64,000 bases of DNA from an uncultured virus (IMG/VR IMGVR_UViG_3300042560_002469) (IMGVR_UViG_3300042560_002469), one strand, 5' to 3'. Shown: positions 26,528 through 36,024, numbered from the stretch's first letter. Numbers and translations are program-made. The notes: generated from the sequence alone by a model not told the origin.

Positions 26528-26722
26528 CAAAAGAAAGGGGAGCTTTCGCTCCCCTTTCTTCGTGGCTGGCTTCCGATGCCTCCTTTCCCTAAGTATCAAA
26601 AGGGGAGCAGTGCCTCACAGGCCCATGCATTGCCTTGGTGGTTCTCGCGAAGCCACCCACTACTCAGAAGCGTCCACCCTTACGGCTCCAACGGAGGGGC
26701 TTTCGCCCAGGACCAACCAGAC
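26528..26722 (-). ncRNA. Putative ~195-nt multi-stem structured ncRNA of unknown family
   Basis: Extended -10 TGnTATGCT; basal stem; multi-hairpin junction; own intrinsic terminator; no credible ORF. Confidence 0.6.
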
Positions 26723-26865
26723 CTGCAAAGCATAGCACCATGGTTGCTGCTTCGCACGAGAACAGCTCAGGGACAATGGGAAAGTCGGTAGGGTTGACAA
26801 AAGTGGTAAAGTAAGGCCTGTCAGGGGGCGACTTCCTGATTCTCACTACTTGCTTTCTTTTTCTG

Positions 26866-27228
26866 ATGCTTTTGCGTTTATTTTCTGCTGCTTTCGTTGT
26901 TATTGGTGCATTTGCGCCACTATCAGCGGAGGCGAAATCTTCGTGCGGCTATGTTTCGCACTATGGCATTGGCGACGGCTATCACGGTCAAAGGGCTGCT
27001 GATGGGAGTCGCTTTGATGCCTATGGCTTGACTGTTGCCCATCGCTCTCTTCCGTTTGGCACCCGCTTGCGCGTGGTTAATCCAGCCAATGGGAAAACAG
27101 TGGTGGTGAAGGTTTCTGACAGGGGACCGTTTGCCTATGACAGAACGCTGGACCTTTCTTACGGGGCGTTTGCTCGCGTTGCCAGCCCTTCTCAAGGAGT
27201 TGCAAGGCTGTGCTTCGCCATTGCCTAA
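26866..27228 (+). CDS. RlpA-like double-psi beta-barrel lytic transglycosylase with signal peptide
   Basis: 'SHYG...AHRSLPFGTRLRVVN..NGKTVVVKVSDRGPF...LDLSYGAF'. Confidence 0.9.
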   Translation: MLLRLFSAAFVVIGAFAPLSAEAKSSCGYVSHYGIGDGYHGQRAADGSRFDAYGLTVAHRSLPFGTRLRVVNPANGKTVVVKVSDRGPFAYDRTLDLSYGAFARVASPSQGVARLCFAIA

Positions 27229-27465
27229 GAAAGGCCCGGTGAGTATTTACTCACAGACCATTGCAGACTTGTATTGGTAGGGGCATGATGGAGAAGAGAA
27301 CGGTCCGAGGCGCTCGCAAGGGCGCCTTTTTCATGCCCGCTCAAAGCTTAGCGAGGTTCGGCCGTCTTTGTATTGCGCACTACAGAAGCTTTTGTGAAGA
27401 AAAGTTGCAGCGCTCGACTCGGGATCGGGCAGCCTTGTATTGTGCGCGAGGCCATTCTTCTGACC

Positions 27466-27630
27466 ATGCAAAACTTCTCTGCCTTTGTTGTCCTATCCGG
27501 CATGCTCACAGTTCTGGGTTGGTCTTATGTGACGCAGCCAGCGCCACAGGCCAACCGGGAAGCCTATCAGGCCTGCATCCAGCACCATCCCGAGCGCTAC
27601 TGTGGCACCACTCACCTCGGCAGGCGGTAG
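27466..27630 (+). CDS. Small hypothetical exported/membrane protein
   Basis: Hydrophobic N-terminus; CxxxHPERYC. Confidence 0.5.
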   Translation: MQNFSAFVVLSGMLTVLGWSYVTQPAPQANREAYQACIQHHPERYCGTTHLGRR

Positions 27631-27833
27631 TGTTCTTTCCTGGCGACATCGTTGATCTGCTGGATGCCCGTTTCGGCTGGCGGGGGCGATATATCGTCAT
27701 GGAGAAGAAGGCAGACACGCCATTGGTGAAGATCAAAAACCTTGGCACTAACAGTCAGCAGTTCGTCAGCGCTGAAAGGCTTCGTCGAAGCAAACTGCCA
27801 CAATTCTTCATCAAGGGGCTTCATCTTTCATAA
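27630..27833 (+). CDS. Hypothetical protein (SH3/KOW-like)
   Basis: 'FFPGDIVDL...GWRGRY'. Confidence 0.5.
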   Translation: MFFPGDIVDLLDARFGWRGRYIVMEKKADTPLVKIKNLGTNSQQFVSAERLRRSKLPQFFIKGLHLS

Positions 27834-27924
27834 GCAGCGCTAATGGCTCAGAGGGTTTACAGGCGCTGTCCAATGCTGCATCATTGTCATCAAAGGGCGC
27901 GAGCCCACAATCACTTCCTTCCCC

Positions 27925-28203
27925 ATGGACAAAACCTCCCTGATCAAGCAATTCATCTTCGATGCTGGCAGCAGCATCATCAGCGTGCAGTTCGTCAAGG
28001 CTGACGGCACCGTGCGCAAGCTGCAGTTCAACCCTCGCGACACGCAAGAAATCAAGGGCACGGGCCATGCGCTCAAGAACCCCTCGATCATCCGCTGCCG
28101 CGATTTCACCATTGCCCGTAATGAAGGCCAAGGCGCCTGGCGCTCTTTCGACTGCGAGCGTGTGGTAAGCATCAAGAGCAATGGCAAAGAGCTGGTGTTC
28201 TGA
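27925..28203 (+). CDS. Early protein with SH3/WYL-like fold
   Basis: 'SVQFVKADGTVRK...WRSF'. Confidence 0.7.
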   Translation: MDKTSLIKQFIFDAGSSIISVQFVKADGTVRKLQFNPRDTQEIKGTGHALKNPSIIRCRDFTIARNEGQGAWRSFDCERVVSIKSNGKELVF

Positions 28204-28205
28204 CC

Positions 28206-28388
28206 ATGGCAGTCCTCGAGCGCGACAGCGTCTGGAGCCTCTGGGCCTTGACTGACAGTTGCTGGAGCCTTCTTGATTCCAGCGCCGATCGCAATGCCCT
28301 CGAGCGCCAGGCTCGAAGCCTGCAGGCCGTGTTTGCCACCAAGATTTTCATGGTGGTACAGGGCACACAGAGCCCAGGACGTTTGTAA
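28206..28388 (+). CDS. Hypothetical protein
   Basis: 60-aa ORF. Confidence 0.45.
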   Translation: MAVLERDSVWSLWALTDSCWSLLDSSADRNALERQARSLQAVFATKIFMVVQGTQSPGRL

Positions 28389-28514
28389 ACAATGGGCCTG
28401 TTGCACAGGCCGCAATGTGCAACATTGCTAATTGTTACGGAGGGGCTGACCAGGCCCCTCCTGCCTGTACATTACTTGCAACGGGCCGCGAGGTCCACCT
28501 TCCCCTCCCCTCCC

Positions 28515-28775
28515 ATGGCAACCATCCCCACCATCCATCTCAACGGCACTGGCGCCAGCACACTCCGCGACGAGTATTGGGCCGCTTCCAAGGCGCTTGA
28601 CGCAGCCGCTGAAGCACTTGCAGCCGCCACTTGCAATGGTCGCGACTTCTACCCTCAAGGCGCCAGCGCCTACGATCAAGCCCGTCACGAGCGCGACGTT
28701 GCTTTTCAAAAGCTTGACGAAGTGACCCGCTATGTGGATGAAATTCTTGGTGGCATCTGCGATCAGATGCACTAA
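28515..28775 (+). CDS. Hypothetical early protein
   Basis: 'PTIHLNGTG...CNGRDFYPQG'; own promoter and hairpin leader. Confidence 0.7.
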   Translation: MATIPTIHLNGTGASTLRDEYWAASKALDAAAEALAAATCNGRDFYPQGASAYDQARHERDVAFQKLDEVTRYVDEILGGICDQMH

Positions 28776-28869
28776 ATCGTGAAGCTTTGTAACAAGGCTT
28801 GACTTTGACGCTGCTCTCGTCTAATTTTTATTTCAAGCGGCTCGACCCCGCTCTCTTCTCTTCAAAACC

Positions 28870-29880
28870 ATGGCTCATCAATTCTCTTCCGGCGCTTTCT
28901 TCCACGGCCAAGCCGCTTGGCACGGTCTTGGTCACGTCATTGACGGTACTCTCCCTGCTCGCGAAGCTTTCGCCATTGGCGAAGCTGACTGGCAAGTGCT
29001 TTCCACTCCCATTCTCGACCCCACTGGCCAGCCCATCGAAGGCTATCAAGCCATCACAAGGGGAGACAATGGGAAAGTGCTCAGTGTGCAGAAGGACTCC
29101 TACACCATTGTTCAGAATGAACAGCTCATCAAGCTTGCCGAAGCCCTGCATGAAGATGCAGAAATGAGCGCAGTGTGCGTGCTCGACGAGGGTCGCAAAG
29201 TGACCTTCACGGCCAAGATCAACGGCGCAGAAGGCGAAGTGCTCAAGGGCGACGAGATTTGCCAATATATCGTTGGTGCCACCAGCCACGATGGTTCCAT
29301 CGCCTTCCAAACCCTTTTCACTCCCGTGAGAGTGGTTTGTGCCAACACGCTCAGCGCCGCTCTCGGGCATGCTGAGCACACTGGCGCCACCAGCAAAGGC
29401 AAGCGCATCAGCATTCGCCACACGCTCAACTGCAACGCCCTGATCGACCGCCTGCCGGAGATCATCGACATCAAGCGCCAGCAGTTCACTGCAGGCCTCG
29501 AAGAGCTCGAGGCAATGGCCGCCAAGCCCTGCACCAGCGCCCAGTTCAAAGCCTATTGCGAAGCCGTTTTTGCTGATCAACTGGCTGGCACTGTCAACGC
29601 CAAGCGAGGCGACAAAACCACTGCTCGCCCCAAGACCCTGAGCGATCTGCCCCAGTGGGACAGTGTGGCCAACAAATTTGCAGGCGACGGCATTGGCTTC
29701 GACATCAAGGGCGTGCAGGGCACTTATTGGGGCGCCTACAACGCCATCACTGAGTGGGTGACGCACGAGGCTGGTCGCGGCGATGACATTGAGGCTGCCC
29801 GCAGGCGCCTGGAAAGCCAATGGTGGGGCAATGGTGCTGCCACTATCACCAAGGCTCACGCTCTGGCCCTGGCTGCTTGA
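28870..29880 (+). CDS. DUF932-family phage/plasmid protein
   Basis: 'AWHGLG', 'YTIVQN', 'TSHDGS', 'TPVRVVCANTL', 'GTYWGAYNAITEW'. Confidence 0.88.
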   Translation: MAHQFSSGAFFHGQAAWHGLGHVIDGTLPAREAFAIGEADWQVLSTPILDPTGQPIEGYQAITRGDNGKVLSVQKDSYTIVQNEQLIKLAEALHEDAEMSAVCVLDEGRKVTFTAKINGAEGEVLKGDEICQYIVGATSHDGSIAFQTLFTPVRVVCANTLSAALGHAEHTGATSKGKRISIRHTLNCNALIDRLPEIIDIKRQQFTAGLEELEAMAAKPCTSAQFKAYCEAVFADQLAGTVNAKRGDKTTARPKTLSDLPQWDSVANKFAGDGIGFDIKGVQGTYWGAYNAITEWVTHEAGRGDDIEAARRRLESQWWGNGAATITKAHALALAA

Positions 29881-29981
29881 ACCATAAGCAACACTGATGG
29901 TCCGGGGGCTTTACAGCCCCCTTCTTTTCGTCTAATTTTAATTTCGTACAGGGGGCGCGAGCTTCCACCTCTCTCGAGATC

Positions 29982-30362
29982 ATGACCCGCATCAACCATG
30001 CCGTCGAGCAACTCACCACCGCCGACGCCTACACCGCCTTCGAGGGCCTTGAGACCATCAACTTGACCGTCACTTTGCCTGATTGGCACCAGCCTTTTCC
30101 TTCTCAGGAGCGCATCGGTGCTGCTAATCCCCGCAAGCTTGACATGGTCGGCCTGCTCCACGTGAGCCGCACTTGGTACATCAATGGGCCCGTGATGGAT
30201 CAATGGACCATCTCCACCCTCGGCGGCCCTGTCCAGGTGCCTGCTGGCACCATCATCGAGACGCAAGAGCTGCCCGATCAATGGAAGGCTCTGAAGCGGG
30301 AGTCAGACCCTGGCAAGCAAGAGTGGTGGTTCTACTCCAATGGTCGCACTGGCTTTTGTTAA
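29982..30362 (+). CDS. Hypothetical early protein
   Basis: Own promoter and hairpin leader; strong C-ending codon bias. Confidence 0.7.
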   Translation: MTRINHAVEQLTTADAYTAFEGLETINLTVTLPDWHQPFPSQERIGAANPRKLDMVGLLHVSRTWYINGPVMDQWTISTLGGPVQVPAGTIIETQELPDQWKALKRESDPGKQEWWFYSNGRTGFC

Positions 30363-30446
30363 GCCTTATTACGGGCCCCTTTTCAGGGGCCTCTCCTGAT
30401 ATATCATTCATTCAACGAGGCGCGAGCTTCACCATCATCTCCAACC

Positions 30447-30686
30447 ATGACTTCCTCCTTCCGCGAAGACCAGCTTGCCTGGATCATCGCCCACTTCCTT
30501 TGCGATGCCAAGCCTGGCGACATCCTGACCCTGCCTGGAGCATCCCTGCTCACCAAAGCCCCTGATGGCAGCTTCTCCCTGGCACGCTCAACTTTCATGG
30601 CTTCCCGCCTGATTGATCCCACCAGCGATAAGATCGCTGCAACAGTGCTTCGATGGGAAAGGGAAGGGGCTCAGGAGGCAGCATGA
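30447..30686 (+). CDS. Hypothetical early protein
   Basis: Own promoter and hairpin leader. Confidence 0.6.
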   Translation: MTSSFREDQLAWIIAHFLCDAKPGDILTLPGASLLTKAPDGSFSLARSTFMASRLIDPTSDKIAATVLRWEREGAQEAA

Positions 30687-30871
30687 TGGAAACCATTAGC
30701 CTTCTGGCCATTAGCAATAGAGGCCGTAGCCGCATCGGCACCACTATCACTACTGCCATTATTGAACAAAATCACCACGACAAGCTTTTTATCGTGCTGC
30801 CGCAGTTCAATCAATGCCGCTGGATCAAGAAAGACAATGACCCCGACTTTCGCATTGTGCAGGAGGATTGA
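30683..30871 (+). CDS. Hypothetical protein
   Basis: GGAGG RBS, ATGA coupling; 'RWIKKDNDPDFRI'. Confidence 0.6.
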   Translation: MMETISLLAISNRGRSRIGTTITTAIIEQNHHDKLFIVLPQFNQCRWIKKDNDPDFRIVQED

Positions 30872-31023
30872 TCAATGACTTCTCTCTCCATTGTCTGGCT
30901 GTTCAAAGACGATCAAGGCTATGAAGATTATGCTCAGTCAGAAAAAGAACGCGACGAGCTTATCATGATTTACGAGACTGCAGGCTCCAACTATTCAATC
31001 ACAGAACTTATCAGAGGCGAAGA

Positions 31024-31323
31024 ATGATCACCATTCGCACTTACCAAGACAACGGCCCCTACTTTCCTGCAACGAAAGGCTGCTACCAGGCGACGAGCCT
31101 TAAAGAGCTTTTGTTCCATGTCAGACTGGCCATGGAAGACAGGGAGGACACGATTGCCATCTTCGACGCAGAAGGCACCTGCAAAGGCCTCTGGCATCGC
31201 GAACTGGAAGGCCACGTGGACAGCGCTGGTGACAGCATCGTCGACCACGAGGGTTACGAGCTGATGCGGCCTAACACCAGAGAGCAATGGATGTGGAACA
31301 GGCTCCAGGAGCAAGCGCGATGA
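31024..31323 (+). CDS. Hypothetical protein
   Basis: 99-aa ORF. Confidence 0.6.
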   Translation: MITIRTYQDNGPYFPATKGCYQATSLKELLFHVRLAMEDREDTIAIFDAEGTCKGLWHRELEGHVDSAGDSIVDHEGYELMRPNTREQWMWNRLQEQAR

Positions 31324-31475
31324 TTCTCATCGACTATTTCGCAGAGGCCTGCTGCAAGGGCACAGAACTGCTTGAGGGCTGGTATTGGTACGAAGATGAT
31401 GGAGAGGAAGTGGGAGGGCCGTATGAAGACGAAGAAGCCGCCATTGAGGCGGCTCAGAAGCAGGAAGGTTGGTGA
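31320..31475 (+). CDS. Hypothetical protein
   Basis: 'EGWYWY...GGPYEDEEAAIEAA'. Confidence 0.6.
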   Translation: MILIDYFAEACCKGTELLEGWYWYEDDGEEVGGPYEDEEAAIEAAQKQEGW

Positions 31476-31554
31476 TTCTGCGTTAGCATGGCAAAACGAC
31501 GCAGGACTGGCATCCCACGTCGTTTCTAACCACTACCAAAAGGACGGTTTGGCC

Positions 31555-32235
31555 ATGGCTACAGACAAGCATAGCAGCGTGCCTGAAGGATTCAAGGAGA
31601 TTCCTGGGTATGGCGGACGCTATTTCATCAATGAGAGCGGTGATGTTTGGAGCGTCTTCAAGAAGGGACTAATGAGCATACAAACCGATGCAACTCATCC
31701 CTATCCATGGCTTTTATTGATAAGAGTTGATGGTAAAAAACGTCCAACAGCGGTTTATCGCTTGATGCGTATTACTTGGATGCCTTCTGCGCCTGGCGAG
31801 GTTGGGACTGGCAGGGGAAAATGGTGTGTCAATCATAAAGATGGAAATAAACTTAATAGCCACATTGATAACCTTGAATGGGTGACTAATGAGCAAAATT
31901 TAAGTCATGCTTGGCATACTGGATTGAAGAATGACTTCATTGGAGAGGCTCGCAAAAACACTATTTTTACTGGTGATCAAGTGCGGCAAATAAGGCTCCG
32001 TCTTATTCTTGGCGAAAAAGTCAAAAGCTTGGCAGAAGAACATAATTGCTCTGTCAGCGCCATTAAGAACGTTCAAAAATATCACTCATGGAAGCATCAA
32101 GACTGGGATTTAATTAAGCAAATGATGCAAGTTTGTGAGTCGAAATTATTGCCAGCAATGCTGGAATGCATCAAAGATGGTCGTTTTTACGATTTTTCCC
32201 ATTCAAAACCTGATTGGAAATACGAAGCAAAGTGA
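31555..32235 (+). CDS. NUMOD4-HNH homing endonuclease
   Basis: 'KEIPGYGGRYFINESG' (NUMOD4); 'VNHKDGNKLNSHIDNLEWVT.EQN..HA'. Confidence 0.85.
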   Translation: MATDKHSSVPEGFKEIPGYGGRYFINESGDVWSVFKKGLMSIQTDATHPYPWLLLIRVDGKKRPTAVYRLMRITWMPSAPGEVGTGRGKWCVNHKDGNKLNSHIDNLEWVTNEQNLSHAWHTGLKNDFIGEARKNTIFTGDQVRQIRLRLILGEKVKSLAEEHNCSVSAIKNVQKYHSWKHQDWDLIKQMMQVCESKLLPAMLECIKDGRFYDFSHSKPDWKYEAK

Positions 32236-32239
32236 CTGA

Positions 32240-32342
32240 GATCCGGCTGGAAAAAGGATTGTTTTGGATCCGGCTGGAAAAAGAATTGTTTTGGATCCGG
32301 CCAAGATCCGGCTGGTTTTCATCTTGTTTGAGACCCGGCTGA
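32240..32342. repeat. Tandem GATCCGGCTG repeats (27-bp period)
   Basis: Units start at 32240, 32267, 32294 (short), 32305, 32332. Confidence 0.85.
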
Positions 32343-32440
32343 TTTTTATATTGGTATTGCGAATTGTTGTCAGTTGCTTTTATACGTTTTGAGGCATAAT
32401 GCAAATGAGAAGCGTTCTCAATAGTTTTTTTTCATTGTTT

Positions 32441-32662
32441 GTTTTTATCAACAATTAGCTGCAATTGCACGAGATAAATAATCAACAATTAATCTCAAAA
32501 GCTCGTTGTAAATAATTAACAATTAACTGCATTCTGTGGCAGTAAATAATCAACAATCAATCACACTTTGCCAGTGCAAACAATTAACAACTGATTACTT
32601 TTATCAGCGCAAACAATTAACAACTGATTACAAGTGCAAAAGATAAATAATTAACAATTAAG
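32441..32662. repeat. Seven AT-rich repeats AAAYAATYAACAAYY at a 33-34-bp period
   Basis: ATYAACAAY cores at 32447, 32481, 32515, 32549, 32583, 32616, 32650. Confidence 0.85.
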
Positions 32663-33198
32663 CCGCGCCATTGTGATCAAATGTAAAGACTTGCGCAGTC
32701 TCGCCGGTCTCATGGTAGGCGCGCGCGCGTGCGCGGATTCTTTGTCTGGCGCCATTGTCTGCCGGTTTGCTGCGCCTACCCTATGGGCGCCCATGCTGTC
32801 AACACAACGGCGCTGATCAGTGGTCGCTTTTTAAACCGGCACACTTTGCCGATACGTTGCGCCATTTCAGCCGGTATGCTTCATGGCATCGACCGAGCGA
32901 TCGGCCGACATTCCACAATCCCCTCCAAACCGTGCAAACCAACGATTCTCAGCTCCTAGGGTTCTGGGCTATGGGCTCCAATGGGCTCCCGGCCGCTCGG
33001 CCGCAATGGCGCCGCCCCGTGCTACCTGGCGAGACCGTGCCGCCATTGCCCCCCACAAGCGGCCGCAACGTTTCATTGCCCCCCATCCAATACCGGCAAA
33101 CCGTCAAAGGTCATCGCGTGGCATGGGATGAGCCGGGGGAATCCTTCTAGGCTTCCTTTCTTTTTAGTCTTTCTTTCTTTCTTTCTTTCTTTCTAATC

Positions 33199-34107
33199 AT
33201 GCAAACCCTTAATTCTCGCGCTAAGTTTCCGGCCGATTTGGCATCCATGGCCAAACAATATAGGATTGATCATAAGACTTTGTTATCAACAAATCCTAAG
33301 ACCGAGAAAAGTCACGTTCAAACCTACATCTTACATTTGTCTCCGGCCGACACAAGCGGCGTTAATGTCTGTGCCGGTGCTGGCAATTGTAAAAAGATTT
33401 GTCTACACTTTGCCGGCAATCCCGTCTACATGACAAACAAACAAGCCGCCAGAATTCGCCGTACCTTAGCATTCTCTGCAGATAAACAGCGGTTCGTTCG
33501 TTTGCTTGTTTGCGCTATTCTCGACAAAATTAACAAGAACAGCGGCGCTCCCATTGCTCTCAGGCTGAATGGAACGTCTGACATAGCTTGGGAGAATGTA
33601 GATTTCATGATTGACGCCGAATTCTCTACATTCTGCCGTCGTAAGTTTGGCCATGAGCTGCCTATTGGCCAGCGTAACATCTTTGAGCTGTTTAACTGCC
33701 TAATCGCAGACAATCCTAGCCTAAGTGTTAAATTCTACGACTACACTAAAATAAAGCGCAACTGGGCAGAATGTAGGCGGCTCGGTTATCATCTAACATT
33801 TAGCTTTGATGGTTGGGAGAATGCCGCAAATGTTAAACTTTGCCGCGATGCTTTGCAGAATGGCGTTAACGTAGCAGCCGCTTTTAACTTAAAGCGCGGT
33901 CAAGAACTGCCCCCGTTTGTTGATACCACAGCCTTTAATCTTTTGCCCACTGATCAACAAACCGGGCGTCTTTTGCCTGTCTATGATGGCGATTTGTCAG
34001 ACTTCCGCCCGTTTGATCCTATCGGCTGGATTGTTGGCTTAAGGTTTAAGCTTCCCCACGGCATTAGTTACACTGACGCCGACAAAGATGCCTTTTGCAT
34101 AGCTTAG
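33199..34107 (+). CDS. GP88-family protein
   Basis: 'NPKTEK...LSPA...VC...C...CL', 'RLNGTSDI.WE', 'FYDYTK', 'YHLTFS', 'DGDLSDFR', 'VGLRFK'. Confidence 0.8.
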   Translation: MQTLNSRAKFPADLASMAKQYRIDHKTLLSTNPKTEKSHVQTYILHLSPADTSGVNVCAGAGNCKKICLHFAGNPVYMTNKQAARIRRTLAFSADKQRFVRLLVCAILDKINKNSGAPIALRLNGTSDIAWENVDFMIDAEFSTFCRRKFGHELPIGQRNIFELFNCLIADNPSLSVKFYDYTKIKRNWAECRRLGYHLTFSFDGWENAANVKLCRDALQNGVNVAAAFNLKRGQELPPFVDTTAFNLLPTDQQTGRLLPVYDGDLSDFRPFDPIGWIVGLRFKLPHGISYTDADKDAFCIA

Positions 34108-34523
34108 GCTGCGAACACTTGGGCGCCTACTTTATAGTGGGCGCCTACCTTTATGGTTTGGGGAGAGGCAATCCCCATAAAAGTCAGCAAATCCTGACAA
34201 TGTAACGCATCAGAACCGCTGATAGATCAAAAATCCTTATCGCAGCGCAGTAACAAGGGCCCCAGCCGACGACAGGCGTGGGATACCCCTTTTAAAAGCG
34301 ACGTAATTTTCAAACGACATTTTTGCTCCCAGTGTCATTTTCAATGGCGCCGTGTATGGTTTGTCAACGGAACAAAGCCAGTGCGCACTGTCCGAACGAT
34401 CTTTCCTGAACGATAAGGAGTGAGGACACCACGTCCTTTACGAACATTGTTCATAAACTTACTTGCACGTTCGTAAATTGCTCGTATTGTTCGTAAAAAG
34501 ACTATTTTCTTTGCCATTGTCTT

Positions 34524-34574
34524 AAGCCCCCTTCGCGCAAGCGAGCCTCAAGCGAGCTCAGTCATAGGGGGCTT
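34524..34574. repeat. Structured motif, copy 2
   Basis: AAGCCCCCT/AGGGGGCTT stem enclosing TCGCGCAAGCGAGCCTCAAGCGAGC. Confidence 0.7.
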
Positions 34575-34983
34575 TCTTCTGGTTTTTTATAGTATTGATT
34601 TCTTTTTTCTTTCAGAGGGTGGCTGCGCACACGATCAGCAGCTTTTACTAACGCTCTCGCCGGAAAAAGAAGAATTGAAAGGAAGGTGGTGAGGAGGGAG
34701 CCCTATGAACGTTCGCTTGGGGCTAATTCTCGTAACGGGCTCCTGGCGAAGGTTTCTTAAAAGAAAACAGTCGAGAGGAGGGTTGCGGAGAAGAGCCGCT
34801 ATGCAAGGGTCGCTTGGGGCTCCCGCTCGAAGCGGCTCTAGCGAAGGGAGCTGAGCTGCTCGTGACGGTCCTTTCGTGGCTGCGTTGCCTGTCAGAGGAC
34901 ATACGCTGCGCCATAAGCATATTGTAGAGGGGGTCGTGGCTCGAACGCGGGTTTTTCAGGGGTATTCTCAGGGGAGTTTTAAG

Positions 34984-35310
34984 ATGCAGGTGAACGAAGA
35001 AGCAGTGGTGGCCTTGATTTCTTCCTCTATGGAAGAGGGAGCCATTGCTGTGTCCTTTCTGCAAATAAAGAATTTTTTAACAATTGAAAGGAAAGACGAA
35101 GGGAAGCTTCGCAGGCTCCTGGAAGAGCTGTGCAAGCGTGATGGTCCCCTGCTAAAGACAGGCGATACGCTCTATTCCCTCTCCATTGCCACCATTAAGA
35201 AACGAGCCCTAAGGCTACCCTCGCAACCACAGAGTCCCTCTGCTGCTCCTCGCCCCGCTCCCGCATCAAGTCGTTGTCGTTCGCTCAAGCCAGGAGCCGG
35301 CCTAGACTGA
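34984..35310 (+). CDS. Hypothetical protein (possible winged helix)
   Basis: ATG at 34984; helical core. Confidence 0.45.
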   Translation: MQVNEEAVVALISSSMEEGAIAVSFLQIKNFLTIERKDEGKLRRLLEELCKRDGPLLKTGDTLYSLSIATIKKRALRLPSQPQSPSAAPRPAPASSRCRSLKPGAGLD

Positions 35311-35327
35311 CCCCCTTTCCCATTGTC

Positions 35328-35570
35328 ATGGCCTACACAGACAGCCGCTGCGACTACGTGCAGGTGACGGAGCTATGGAGGGTGTATGTGCCTTCGGAGC
35401 GCTCTTGGGACAAGGCAGTGCGAGAGCTTGAAAAGACCATTAAGCCAACGAAAACCTGCTTCTACAGGCCGGGAGTGCTAGCGCGTCAGCAAGGTCACCA
35501 AATGGACCTCATGAGCTGGGAGTTGACAAAAGGCGAGAACCAGCTACCCTGCTCGTATCCTGATTGGTGA
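35328..35570 (+). CDS. Hypothetical protein
   Basis: 80-aa ORF. Confidence 0.55.
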   Translation: MAYTDSRCDYVQVTELWRVYVPSERSWDKAVRELEKTIKPTKTCFYRPGVLARQQGHQMDLMSWELTKGENQLPCSYPDW

Positions 35571-35578
35571 CCTTCACC

Positions 35579-35959
35579 ATGCCTTTCGACGAAGAGCTGT
35601 TTGCCTTGGCCATGGACCATTCAAGCAGCCCTGAGCTCCCCGCCCTGAAGAAACGCTTTGCAGGCTTCTCCATTTGTAAGGACATGGCCACTGCTGCTGC
35701 TTTTGGCTACCTTGCCGCCATGCGTGATGCCAAGAAAATAGAAGATGAACAATTTGCTCCTTCCATTGGAGATCAAATATGCTCTGTTTTAGAGGACTGT
35801 CGAAGGGAAGAAGAAACAGTGGAAGAAGGCATGGAAATTATCATGGGACTTATTTTCGGATGGTTGAAAAAGGAATTCAATGAAAATGGCTATTCAGGCG
35901 ATGTTATTGCCATTTTGGAAGAAAGCTTTAGCTTCTATGTGAAGCCAGGCGTCATTTAG
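35579..35959 (+). CDS. Hypothetical protein
   Basis: Acidic ORF. Confidence 0.55.
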   Translation: MPFDEELFALAMDHSSSPELPALKKRFAGFSICKDMATAAAFGYLAAMRDAKKIEDEQFAPSIGDQICSVLEDCRREEETVEEGMEIIMGLIFGWLKKEFNENGYSGDVIAILEESFSFYVKPGVI

Positions 35960-36024
35960 TAACAATTGCTTCCTTTTCTTTCCATTGCTTTGCCCTAGTC
36001 TTATTGAAAGACTGGGGCATTTTG

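Noticed and set aside
32441..32662. Mini-CRISPR array
   Set aside because: Linkers are only about 14 bp, repeats are degenerate, and no cas genes are present
32729..33196. ORFs upstream of GP88
   Set aside because: Several overlapping frames, none with recognisable motifs or a clear start signal
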